A stretch of 64,000 nt of DNA, taken from NCBI GenBank assembly GCA_963798085.1, contig CAWCRS010000002.1, positions 256,001-320,000 of the forward strand. Reading direction: 5' to 3'. Below the pieces are notes generated by a model. It was not told where the DNA came from. It was given only the letters and a program-made list of their open reading frames with translations, and searched no databases. Position 1 is the stretch's first letter. Every line of letters begins with the position of its first letter. The position numbers and the translations under genes were made by a program. The stretch is from an uncultured Gemmatimonadales bacterium. Its GTDB lineage: Bacteria; Gemmatimonadota; Gemmatimonadetes; Longimicrobiales; RSA9. Shown piece by piece: positions 51,347 through 60,562 of this stretch.

Positions 51347-53158
51347 TCAGCGGTACCCGGCGGCCTGCAGCTCGAAGAGTTGCGCGTAACGGCCATTCGC
51401 TCTCAGCAGCTCCTCGTGCGAGCCCAGCTCGGTGACTCTGCCATCGCCGATCACCGCGATGCGGTCCGCGATGCGCACCGTCGAGAAGCGATGCGAGATC
51501 ACAATGCCAATGCGGCCGCGCAGATTCTGCTTGAGTTCCGCGAAGATGCCCGCCTCCGCTTCGGGATCGAGCGATGAGGTGGGCTCATCGAGGATCCAGA
51601 TGTCGGCGTCGCGGTACATCAGGCGGGCCAGCGCCAGCCGCTGCCATTCTCCGCCCGACAGGTCGTGTCCGCCCTCGAAGAGTCGGCCCACGCGCGAGTC
51701 CAGGCCCTTCGGCATCTTCTTCACCAGCCAGTCGCTGCGCGCATCGCGCAACGCGGCGAGCACGCGATCGTCCGCGACCACGCCATCAGGCCGGCCGATC
51801 ATCACGTTCTCGCGCACCGAAAGCTCGTAGCTCATGTAGTCCTGGAACAGCACGCCAATGCGGCGGCGCAGCGCGTGCGGATCCAGGTTGCGCACGTCTT
51901 CACCGCCCACGCGTATGCTGCCGTTGTCCGCATCGTAGAAGCGCAGCAGCAGCTTGACGAGCGTGCTCTTGCCCGCGCCATTCTCACCCACCAGCGCGAT
52001 CAGTTCGCCGCGTCGTATGTCGAGATTCAGACCGCGCAGTGCCGCTTCCGGCGTGCCCGGGTAGCTGAACGTGACGTCGTCGAACACAATGCTGTCGATG
52101 GTCGACGGCAGATCGTGCGCATGCGGCGGACTCGTCACCAGCGGCTCAATGGCCAGGAACGAGAAGTAGTCATCGAGGAACGTCGTGTGCTGATCGACAG
52201 CCACGAACGTGCTCGACAGATTGCCCAGTGTGCCTGACACCGACGTGAACGCGCCGATCACCAGCACCACACCACCCGGATCGATCTGCCCGGTCAGGCC
52301 ACGCGCGGCCACGAACAGGTACGCCAGCGCGAGGGTGGTGCCGGTCACGAGCCCGGTCAGGATCGAGATATTCGTGCCCGAGCGGTACATGCGCTCGCGC
52401 TCCGTGAAGAGCTGCTCCGTCAGGCAATGGTGTCTCCCCAGCAGGTACTCCGCCAGCACGTACGCGCGCAGCTCTTTCGTGTTGCGCGGCTGCACGAGCA
52501 GATCGCCCAGATAGTCGCGTTCGCGTTCTTCCGGCGTCTCCTTGTAGAAGAATGCGTACAGCTTCGCTGTCACCCGCCGCTCGAGCGTGAGCGAGATCAC
52601 GGCGGCGGCAAGGGCGAGGATGACGAGTACCCAGTGGAGACTGGCGAGCAGTGTCGCCATCAGCAGGATGGTAACAACGTTGTTAGACAGGCCCAGCACG
52701 GACCAGGTGAGGTCGCCGGGGCGCCAGGAAACATCGCGTTTGGCGCGGGCCAGCCGGTCGTGCCAGTCGGAATTGTCGAAGTGACCGAGGTCGACGCTCG
52801 CGGCCTTGGCCAGCAGCCGCCGCTCCGCCTCCAGCTGCACCCGCCGTACGAACAGGTTGCGCCCGTAGCCGGTGTATGCGCCCAGCGCGCGCTGCACACC
52901 AGCCGTGATCCACAGCCCAATGACGACCGGCAGAATGTCGCGCAGCGTGAGCGACTGCGCCCTCGCCTGGGCAATGCGATTCACGAGTTCCGCACCCAGC
53001 CAGACGGCGAGTGGCGTCGTCGCCGCACTCACGACACCCAGCAGTGTGAAGCGCACGAGTGCGCGCGGCAATGCCGCCCATGCGAGCGCCAGACCCTGCC
53101 GCAGGTTTTTCCGGACGCGGCGGGCGCGCCCCATGGCTGGCGGAGGAGCTTCTTCCAT
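51347..53158 (-). CDS. ABC transporter ATP-binding/permease
   Basis: TM domain; GENGAGKST, LSGGEWQR, ILDEPT, SHRFST. Confidence 0.93.
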   Translation of the reverse strand: MEEAPPPAMGRARRVRKNLRQGLALAWAALPRALVRFTLLGVVSAATTPLAVWLGAELVNRIAQARAQSLTLRDILPVVIGLWITAGVQRALGAYTGYGRNLFVRRVQLEAERRLLAKAASVDLGHFDNSDWHDRLARAKRDVSWRPGDLTWSVLGLSNNVVTILLMATLLASLHWVLVILALAAAVISLTLERRVTAKLYAFFYKETPEERERDYLGDLLVQPRNTKELRAYVLAEYLLGRHHCLTEQLFTERERMYRSGTNISILTGLVTGTTLALAYLFVAARGLTGQIDPGGVVLVIGAFTSVSGTLGNLSSTFVAVDQHTTFLDDYFSFLAIEPLVTSPPHAHDLPSTIDSIVFDDVTFSYPGTPEAALRGLNLDIRRGELIALVGENGAGKSTLVKLLLRFYDADNGSIRVGGEDVRNLDPHALRRRIGVLFQDYMSYELSVRENVMIGRPDGVVADDRVLAALRDARSDWLVKKMPKGLDSRVGRLFEGGHDLSGGEWQRLALARLMYRDADIWILDEPTSSLDPEAEAGIFAELKQNLRGRIGIVISHRFSTVRIADRIAVIGDGRVTELGSHEELLRANGRYAQLFELQAAGYR

Positions 53159-53200
53159 TCCGCAAAGGTACGGGAAGGCGCGCGTCCGGAAAACGTGCGC

Positions 53201-53602
53201 TCACAGCGCGCGCGTCCACTCCTGGCCGAATCCCAGAACGTGACCATCCGGATCGCGCACCGCGAATTCCTTCATGCCGTAGTGCTGGACGACAGGCGGG
53301 TACACCACCACCGCACCCTTCCCCGACAGCTCGGCGAAGAGCGTTTCCGCATCACGCACCCAGAAGAACACATCCCACGTGCCACCCTGCCGCTCGTTCG
53401 GGCAGATCAGGCCTGCCTCCGCGACACGCCGTAACATGATCGGCGATCCGTCCCGGCTGTACACCGCAAATTCCGGCGGCTCGCCCGCTGCATACTCGCA
53501 ACGAAACCCCAGCACTTCCGCGTAGTAGCGTCCCGTCGCCGCGACGTCCGGAACCGGAAAGTATGGCGCCGCACGAATGAAATCCGCCGAACCCGCCGAC
53601 AT
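53201..53602 (-). CDS. VOC/glyoxalase/bleomycin-resistance family protein
   Basis: YYAEVLGF, YGMKEFAVRDPDGHVLGFGQ. Confidence 0.88.
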   Translation of the reverse strand: MSAGSADFIRAAPYFPVPDVAATGRYYAEVLGFRCEYAAGEPPEFAVYSRDGSPIMLRRVAEAGLICPNERQGGTWDVFFWVRDAETLFAELSGKGAVVVYPPVVQHYGMKEFAVRDPDGHVLGFGQEWTRAL

Positions 53603-53894
53603 GCCGCACCTCCCACCCGGATGGCAAGCTGCTCTGTGCAGTCGCCAATCCTCAGACCCGGCCGCCACCACGCAAGCCGCCTGTGGCCGACAGCCGCCAC
53701 AAGCCCGGTCACGCGCTGCAATGTCCTGTTATTCAATCCGTTGAACATGCCCGGATCCGTTCCGTCGCGGAGCAACTGCGCGCAGTTGCAGGCAGGCGCA
53801 GCGAATCCGCCGGCTTCCGTTCTCGGTTCACCCCGTTCAGGGAAGGCTTCCGGTCCGAGAGCGAAGCGGCGACCAACGCGGCATGGCCCGGGCG

Positions 53895-53924
53895 TTGCCG
53901 GCAGGCCCGCTGCGCGACTATCTT
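53895..53924 (+). promoter_or_regulatory. Sigma70-type promoter of the second leader-ankyrin gene
   Basis: TTGCCG-18 bp-TATCTT. Confidence 0.5.
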
Positions 53925-53930
53925 GGCCGC

Positions 53931-54061
53931 AGGCGTGCAGGACGCCTCCCGTCCGCGGGCAGGACCGAGTCCACCTGTGCTGTGCGTTGTACGAACGGTT
54001 CGAACGAACCTCCTTTCGCCCGTCGCCAGCGGACCCGGGCATTCACCACAGGAGGCTCGCC
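53931..54061 (+). promoter_or_regulatory. Structured 5' leader RNA, copy B
   Basis: AGGCGT/ACGCCT hairpin; GTCCGC(53951-56)/GCGGAC(54029-34) stem; GGAC/GTCC hairpin; anti-SD CCTCCT(54009-14) complementary to AGGAGG(54050-55). Confidence 0.65.
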
Positions 54062-55306
54062 ATGTCTGCTCGCCAGTTTCCATCCCATCCGGATCCGCGT
54101 CAGCTCAAGCACCAGGCAAGGGATCTGCTGCGTGCATTCCGCGCACTCGAGCCGGGTGCGTCCGCGGAATTCCGTGCACACCATCCGTATCCTGATCGCA
54201 CCGGCCCCGCGAATGCCATTCTTGCCAATGCGCAGCTCGTGCTCGCCCGCAGTTACGGCGCCTCGAGCTGGACGCAACTGATCACAGCGTGCCGCCTGAT
54301 CCACGCCCTGCAGCACGACGACCTGGATAGCGTGCGCGAACTCGTGGCGGCGCATCCCGCGTTGACGCAGGACCGCGGCGCGCGTGACGATGGCGGCTGG
54401 CGCACGGCTGCGGCGGCGGCCGCGAGTCTGGCGCTGCGCCGCGTCGTCGACATGCTGCGCCAGCGCGGCGCCCGCGACATCGCGAGCGTGTCGGCCCGGC
54501 CCGAGCTGCGCCCATGGCTGGACACGCTGCGTCTGCTCGGCCGCGTCGGCGCGCGCTTCCCCTTCGACGCGGTTGGTGGCGCGGTCGAACTGCTGGATGG
54601 CGACAATTTCGCCTTCATGATCGAGATCGGCGGCGCCATCGAGGATGAGCGCGGCGACTGGCGCTCGCGCGTGGCCCTCGCCCTGGAAACGTACACGCGC
54701 CATCCCGCGGGCAAACACCGTGTTCTCGAGACCATGGCCGCGCATGGCATTCCCCTGCCCGACTCGCCCGTCATGGCGCTGCACCGCGGGCGCATCGATC
54801 TGCTGGAAGCACACCTGCAACGCGATCCGGCGCTGCTGCGGCGCACTTTCGTACACGCCGAGATCTATCCGCCCGCACTGGGCTGCCACGCGGAGCAGGC
54901 GCTGGCGCTGCACGGTGCGCCGCTCGATGGCGCAACACTGCTGCACATCGCGACCGACTTCGAGGAACTCGAGATCGTGCGCTGGCTGCTCGACCGCGGC
55001 ATGGACGTGAACGCGCGCGCCCGCATCGATGCGACCGGCTTCGGCGGGCACACGGCGCTATTCAGCTGCGTCGTCTCGTACAACGCCGGTCGCGGGACGG
55101 ATCCGGTCGCACAGCTTCTGCTGGAGCGCGGCGCCAATGCCAATGCGCGTGCGTCCATCCGCAAGGGCCTCGCCTTCGCGCGCGATCCTTCCGTGCACGA
55201 GTATCGCGCTGTCACGCCACTGGGCTGGGGCCGCCGGTTCCATGACCCGTCGTACGTCTGTCAGGCAGCGCTGCGTGCAATCGCAGCGCACGGCGGACAG
55301 GAGTGA
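54062..55306 (+). CDS. Ankyrin-repeat protein with N-terminal 'QLKHQA...ARSYG-W' helical domain
   Basis: [12 protein letters not shown]...[38 protein letters not shown]. Confidence 0.87.
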   Translation: MSARQFPSHPDPRQLKHQARDLLRAFRALEPGASAEFRAHHPYPDRTGPANAILANAQLVLARSYGASSWTQLITACRLIHALQHDDLDSVRELVAAHPALTQDRGARDDGGWRTAAAAAASLALRRVVDMLRQRGARDIASVSARPELRPWLDTLRLLGRVGARFPFDAVGGAVELLDGDNFAFMIEIGGAIEDERGDWRSRVALALETYTRHPAGKHRVLETMAAHGIPLPDSPVMALHRGRIDLLEAHLQRDPALLRRTFVHAEIYPPALGCHAEQALALHGAPLDGATLLHIATDFEELEIVRWLLDRGMDVNARARIDATGFGGHTALFSCVVSYNAGRGTDPVAQLLLERGANANARASIRKGLAFARDPSVHEYRAVTPLGWGRRFHDPSYVCQAALRAIAAHGGQE

Positions 55307-55452
55307 TATGCTGTAACGCCCGTGGCGGAACGGGAGACATCGTCATCCCGCTCCCGGGCCAGGCGATACCCGGCTGGTGGAGAAAATGGCCAGTGCGGCG
55401 CTGCACTCGCCCGGTATGGATCGACAGAACGTTCATGCGCATGGAGAAAGCA

Positions 55453-55851
55453 ATGGACATCAGAAGGAGCGGCTCGCAACCCTCGGGCAGGGGACCCGCG
55501 GAATGGTTCACAGGCATCGTTCGCATCGACCCGCTCTTCCAGGCCCCCGATCCGGCGCGCGTACGCGCCGCCAGTGTCACATTCGAGCCCGGCGCTCGAA
55601 CGGCGTGGCACACGCACCCGCTGGGCCAGACGCTCATCGTGACGGCCGGCTGCGGCCTCGCCCAGCGCTGGGGCGGTCCGATCGAGGAGATCCGGCCTGG
55701 TGACGTGATCTGGTTCCCGCCCAGTGAGAAACACTGGCACGGCGCGACATCGAGCACAGCCATGATGCACATCGCGATTCAGGAAGAACTCGGCGGCAGG
55801 GCCGTGGACTGGCTCGAGCAGGTCAGCGATGACCAGTACCAGACCCGCTGA
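55453..55851 (+). CDS. Cupin-domain protein
   Basis: [23 protein letters not shown]. Confidence 0.9.
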   Translation: MDIRRSGSQPSGRGPAEWFTGIVRIDPLFQAPDPARVRAASVTFEPGARTAWHTHPLGQTLIVTAGCGLAQRWGGPIEEIRPGDVIWFPPSEKHWHGATSSTAMMHIAIQEELGGRAVDWLEQVSDDQYQTR

Positions 55852-55883
55852 TCGCACGAGCAGGCAAGACATCAGGAGGAACA

Positions 55884-56178
55884 ATGCAGATGCGATGGCC
55901 TGGCAGCAGCGGCCTGCAGCGAAGACGCGTCGCTTGGCAGCGTCACGCCCATCTGGAAGGCGTAGTTCGAGTCATGGCGTATCCCGCGTGGTCAAGCCGA
56001 TTCGAGCCCGGCAACTGGCGCGCAGCTGATCCACGACGTCGGTTTCGATTCTGTGGATGCCGGGCCGTTGCGGATCGCACGCTACACCGAACCGTTCGCA
56101 CTGCTCATCGGCCAATTGGCGTACGAGGGAGACGCAGGACCGGAACTCGCGTACCGCTTCGTGCGGTTGGGAGAGTGA
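55884..56178 (+). pseudogene. Fused remnants: aldo/keto-reductase-like start and NADP/F420 oxidoreductase-like C-terminus
   Basis: AGGAGG + MQMR-PGSSGL; later LIHDVGFDSVDAGPLRIARYTEPFALLIGQLAY...RLGE*. Confidence 0.55.
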
Positions 56179-56186
56179 GTGTCAGG

Positions 56187-56390
56187 ATGGCGGAACTCGA
56201 TGGCTGGGAGAGCTTCCATCTGATCGTCGGCGCCGCCGCGGGCGCTCTGATCGGATTGCAGTTCGTCGTAATGACGCTCATTGCAGAAGGACCACCGGAA
56301 CGGGCGGCGGAGGCCAATGCCGCATTCGGCAGCCCGACGGTCGTGCTGCGCGCGAAAGCAGACGCCGAGCGGCGTCGGCGGGATCCCTGA
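56187..56390 (+). pseudogene. Truncated membrane protein
   Basis: WESFHLIVGAAAGALIGLQFVVMTLIA...AFGSPTVV then abrupt end. Confidence 0.5.
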
Positions 56391-56464
56391 CAGACCGGAG
56401 ACCGGACTGCCGCGACACACGCCGCGGCAGCACGGTCTCCTGAGCGCCAGTGGCCGGGCGCCCG

Positions 56465-57208
56465 CTAGGGCTCGTTGTGAATCGTCACGTGCCAGGTGGT
56501 GGTGCCGGTGATCACACCACTGGGCAGATGGATCTGGGCCATCAGGCTGTACGATCCGTTCGGGTAGCCGGGATTGCCCGCGGTATCGCGAGCCGCCGTG
56601 TCCAGTGTGCAGACCTGCTTCGCCTGGCCCAGCGGCACTTCACCGCACGGCACCTTCGGGCCCGCCCCCGCCACCAGGCGCAACCACATGCCGGCGTCTA
56701 TGACGATGGTCTCCATGTGCACATCCACGACACCGTGGATGTCCGCGGTGTCCACTTTCGTCGTTGTCCCTGCCTCGGTAATGCTCGTGATGGCGACTGT
56801 GGGCGGCGGGTCCCTGAGGATCTGGGCCACCTGCACGCGCACGCTGTCGCTCGCGGCCGGTCGCGCGGAAGACACGGCCACCACGGTCGCCCTACCCGTC
56901 TTCACACCCTGCAGTCGCGCTTCCGTACTGGACAGCGGCGTCACCAGCACGATGGACGGATCGCGCGAGAGGAACGTGACGCCGCGATCCGTGACCGTGT
57001 CGGCGGCGTGCAGCTGCACCGGCAGCGTGACGCTGTCACCCACGCCCAGGCTGATCTGCTCCGATTCGATGACGACCTCGAACGGGATTTCCTCGCCCGC
57101 GGGAATGCGCGTGATCGCGTCCGAACAGCCTGTCAGCAACGCTACGGTACCTCCAACCGACAACGACAGCATTACACAGGGAACGACATTTCGAACGTTG
57201 AGGCGCAT
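56465..57208 (-). CDS. Ig-like domain lipoprotein
   Basis: AGGAG RBS; lipobox LTGC; beta-rich Big-like segments. Confidence 0.65.
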   Translation of the reverse strand: MRLNVRNVVPCVMLSLSVGGTVALLTGCSDAITRIPAGEEIPFEVVIESEQISLGVGDSVTLPVQLHAADTVTDRGVTFLSRDPSIVLVTPLSSTEARLQGVKTGRATVVAVSSARPAASDSVRVQVAQILRDPPPTVAITSITEAGTTTKVDTADIHGVVDVHMETIVIDAGMWLRLVAGAGPKVPCGEVPLGQAKQVCTLDTAARDTAGNPGYPNGSYSLMAQIHLPSGVITGTTTWHVTIHNEP

Positions 57209-57377
57209 TCGGGTTCTCCTTTCGCCGGCACGCGTGCGAGGCCGGGCCTGAAGGGTTGACGCACAGATGGGCCCGGGGGAAGGTCGGGCGCAGCGGTGTG
57301 AGTGTACCGCGAAGATGCGTCGACTCGCGGCCGTGATCAAGGAACTCGTCAGCCGCCTGTGGAAACTCCGGCCTAAC

Positions 57378-58823
57378 TCATTTGTTAACGGGCAGCTGCG
57401 CCCGCGCCTCGGCGGCGTCCCGCGCACCCGGGGCGGCGCCGGCCAGCAGCTCCAGGCCAATGCGGTCGGCGCCGCGCCGCACGGCAAACGCCCTGCCGTT
57501 CGCGACGACCACCGCGATGCGATCGAGGTTGTTGATGTCCGCCAGCGGGTCGGCATCGAGCAGCACCAGATCCGCGACCATGCCGCGCGCGATGCTGCCC
57601 AGCGAGTCCTGGGCACCGAGGAAGCGGGCGGGTTCGATCGTCGCGGAACGCAGCGCAGCGAAGGGCGTGAAGCCGGCGCGCACGAACCAGCGCAATTCTT
57701 CGTGCAGCCCGAAGCCGGGCGGACTGTTGCGCAGCGGGGCATCGGTGCCGGTCATGACGTGCACGCCCGCACGGTGCATGGCACCCACCACTGCCACGCG
57801 TTTCTCGAACAGCGCCAGGCCCACGCTGTCGGCGCCGGGCGGCACATCGGGCGGCATCGGGAAGATGCCTCCGACGTAGTCGCGCAATGCCTGGGGCAGG
57901 TAGCGCGCCAGCGTGTCGCCCGGCAGATCCCGCTTCGGCCAGCGCGCCACTTCCAGCTGCGCCACGAGCGTGGGTACCATCCACGTGTCGTTGCGCACGA
58001 AGCGCGCGAACAGCGGGGCGGGGTCTTCACTGCTGCAGCGGCCCAGCGCACCCTGCACGGAATAACGCGGTGTCAGGGCCACGCTCTCCTGCGGCGTGCA
58101 CAGGTTGGGAATCGTCAGCAGGTGCTCGATGCTGTGCTGCCCGGAGTCCGACGCTTCCTCGGGACGCACACTGCGCGGCACGTGACCGGCGAACGTGATG
58201 CCCCTCGCCCGTGCCGCGCGCGTGATGGCGAAATACGTCGCGCGCGTCAGCTGGCTGTGCACTTTCACGAAGTCGACGCCCAGCCGCAGGAGCGAATCCA
58301 CCGCCGGTTGCGCATCCGCAGGCAGGCGCACGAGCAGGTGCGGAATCGGCACATCGCCACCTTCGAGGTAGGGACCCGACAGCACCATGCGCGGCCCGAT
58401 ACGCGTCCCTGCCATGATCTCGCGACGCCAGGTCGTGAGCTGCTCCCAGTCACCCGCCATGTCGCGCACACCCGTGACGCCGTTCGCGACGTACAGCGGC
58501 AGCACATCCTCGCCGCCCGGCATCGTCGTGTGCACGTGCATGTCCCAGAGCCCGGGGATCAGATATTTCCCTCGCGCATCGATGACACGCGCACCAGCAG
58601 GCGGCCGTCCGGAATTCGCGGACGTGACCGCCACGATGCGGTTGCCGCGAATCACGACGCGCTGGTCCGTGCGCGGCTGCTCGCTCGTGCCATCGACCAC
58701 GGTCACGTGATCGAAGACGAGCGACGGCGGCACGGTCGTGTCGATGGTGCAGCCCGTCAGGACGATGGCGAGACCAATGAGCGCAACGACTGGACTACGC
58801 CTGGCGTCGGCGCGCACGCGCAC
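57378..58823 (-). CDS. Amidohydrolase family lipoprotein
   Basis: PGLWDMHVH, FVKVH, GH, SIEH, GTDAP, ADLVLLDADP. Confidence 0.92.
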   Translation of the reverse strand: MRVRADARRSPVVALIGLAIVLTGCTIDTTVPPSLVFDHVTVVDGTSEQPRTDQRVVIRGNRIVAVTSANSGRPPAGARVIDARGKYLIPGLWDMHVHTTMPGGEDVLPLYVANGVTGVRDMAGDWEQLTTWRREIMAGTRIGPRMVLSGPYLEGGDVPIPHLLVRLPADAQPAVDSLLRLGVDFVKVHSQLTRATYFAITRAARARGITFAGHVPRSVRPEEASDSGQHSIEHLLTIPNLCTPQESVALTPRYSVQGALGRCSSEDPAPLFARFVRNDTWMVPTLVAQLEVARWPKRDLPGDTLARYLPQALRDYVGGIFPMPPDVPPGADSVGLALFEKRVAVVGAMHRAGVHVMTGTDAPLRNSPPGFGLHEELRWFVRAGFTPFAALRSATIEPARFLGAQDSLGSIARGMVADLVLLDADPLADINNLDRIAVVVANGRAFAVRRGADRIGLELLAGAAPGARDAAEARAQLPVNK

Positions 58824-58925
58824 GTCCTTTCACGATTCGGGAAGCGGGGCAGCAACTAGGCGAGAGGCTACGCTACCCAATGGCGCCGGGCAGCGCCAGC
58901 GGCGCAGCGCCCACGGCCGTCCGCT

Positions 58926-59690
58926 TCAGCCGCCGCACCTGCGTTCGAGGGTTGCCAATGCGCTCAAGGCGGGCTGTACAATGGTGCTGTCGCCTGCGCT
59001 CGCGCCCATCAGCGCCTTGCGCATCCTCCTCAGCTGGTCCGGCTGCACCGCCTGCGACACAGCCTCGTCGCCGCACAGCGGTTTCCCGGCATCAACGCCG
59101 TCAATGCCTTCCAGTGTGGTACGCACGGTTTCCAGGGCCTGTGCGCGATAGGCGCCTGCGGGATGCGTCTCCAGATAATGCCCTGTTGTGAGCAGCAGCG
59201 CGCCCATGTAGCAGCCGGCGATCCCCTCGCACTCGCCGGGAATGCCGGCGCTGGCCGCCTGCCATGCAATCTCGTCGGATACCCTGACGCCAGGATAGCG
59301 GTCGTGCAGCTTCCAGTACACGTCCGAGGGAACGAGCCAGTTCGCGCCCGGCTCGCTGAACGCGATGTCAGGATGCGACTCCGTCCAGGCCCTGGCGCCC
59401 GGCGGCGGCGGCGGCTCACGCGACAACGAAGTGTAGGGGCTGAATCCGTCCATGCCCGGCGTCTTGCTCACACGGTCGATTGCGCGCAGGCGAAGCAGCT
59501 CCAGCTCGGCCCGCACTTCGTCGTCACCTGTCCATTGCTGCACCGCACGTTCAATGAATGCGACCCGCGTGGTCTCCGCTGCGAAATCCGCCACCGGCCG
59601 CTGCAGCGAATCGCGGATCGCGGGCGCCGGGCTGGCGGGCGGCACCGGCGCCGGGCGGCCACACGCCAGGGCGAGCAGCGCCGGCATCAT
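58926..59690 (-). CDS. Hypothetical lipoprotein (start uncertain)
   Basis: Lipobox LALAC; GECEG...C. Confidence 0.55.
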   Translation of the reverse strand: MMPALLALACGRPAPVPPASPAPAIRDSLQRPVADFAAETTRVAFIERAVQQWTGDDEVRAELELLRLRAIDRVSKTPGMDGFSPYTSLSREPPPPPGARAWTESHPDIAFSEPGANWLVPSDVYWKLHDRYPGVRVSDEIAWQAASAGIPGECEGIAGCYMGALLLTTGHYLETHPAGAYRAQALETVRTTLEGIDGVDAGKPLCGDEAVSQAVQPDQLRRMRKALMGASAGDSTIVQPALSALATLERRCGG

Positions 59691-59880
59691 TGCGACGCAG
59701 CAGACACCTCTCGCCCTCGCCCGCTGTTGCCGGGCACACTGTGCGACTGGCACTCCGAGCCTCCCGCAGTTGTGCATGCCGAACCGGTCCGTCGCGTCAG
59801 TGAGTATCGGCCCCCCAGTTCGTTGTTGCGCCACACCGGGTGCACGCACGCCGGGCCGGGTGGCGAGTCGCATGAGTGTG

Positions 59881-60420
59881 TCAGCCGGATCGTTGGGCCG
59901 CAGCACGCGCGGTGAGCAGGTCGACATACGCGACATCGATCAGCGTGGCAGTGTCCAGGTCCAGCACGCGCAGCAGGGCGTGCGCGATGCTCTCGCCTTC
60001 GGCCGGCGACTGCTCGTCCGACAGCACGACCTCCAGCTCGAGGAACGAGCCCAGCCCCTCCACAGCGTCCAGGTGAACACGCGTGTTCGCAATCCGGTAG
60101 AGCCGCCTGTGCTTGCGCACGCGACCCGCCGTGCCCAGTGCGCGCGCGAGAACGTCGCGCAGTGTGTCCGGCGCCTGCGTGGGCGCGATGCTGTACCGGG
60201 ACAGCTTCGGGCCCGTCGTGTCCGGCCTCTCGTACGCGATCAGCTCCCCGCGATCCGGCGTGAACTGACGCAGCTTGAGCCGGCCCGCGGCGCACGCGAA
60301 GAACGTGTCGTCCTGCTCCAGTTCGAACGGGCCCGAATCCGCGAGTGCTCTGACTTTCGCCTCGAGTACGGCCGGATCCGCCACTGGCAGCTTCACTTCC
60401 ACATTGCGACCCAAACTCAT
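59881..60420 (-). CDS. CYTH-domain (class IV adenylate cyclase-like) protein
   Basis: NVEVK (ExExK), QDDTFF, RLKLR, VRKHR, FLELE. Confidence 0.88.
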   Translation of the reverse strand: MSLGRNVEVKLPVADPAVLEAKVRALADSGPFELEQDDTFFACAAGRLKLRQFTPDRGELIAYERPDTTGPKLSRYSIAPTQAPDTLRDVLARALGTAGRVRKHRRLYRIANTRVHLDAVEGLGSFLELEVVLSDEQSPAEGESIAHALLRVLDLDTATLIDVAYVDLLTARAAAQRSG

Positions 60421-60562
60421 CCCCTTTTGTTATCAGTTGCATCGCTGTGCCGCGGGCGCCATCTCTCTGCATTCCGCGATCGCGGCGGGTTGCGCGCTGC
60501 ACTGGCCGGCCGAATACTGCGCACTTCGCCCCTTCGCGCCATCCACACCGGAGCACGGACGG

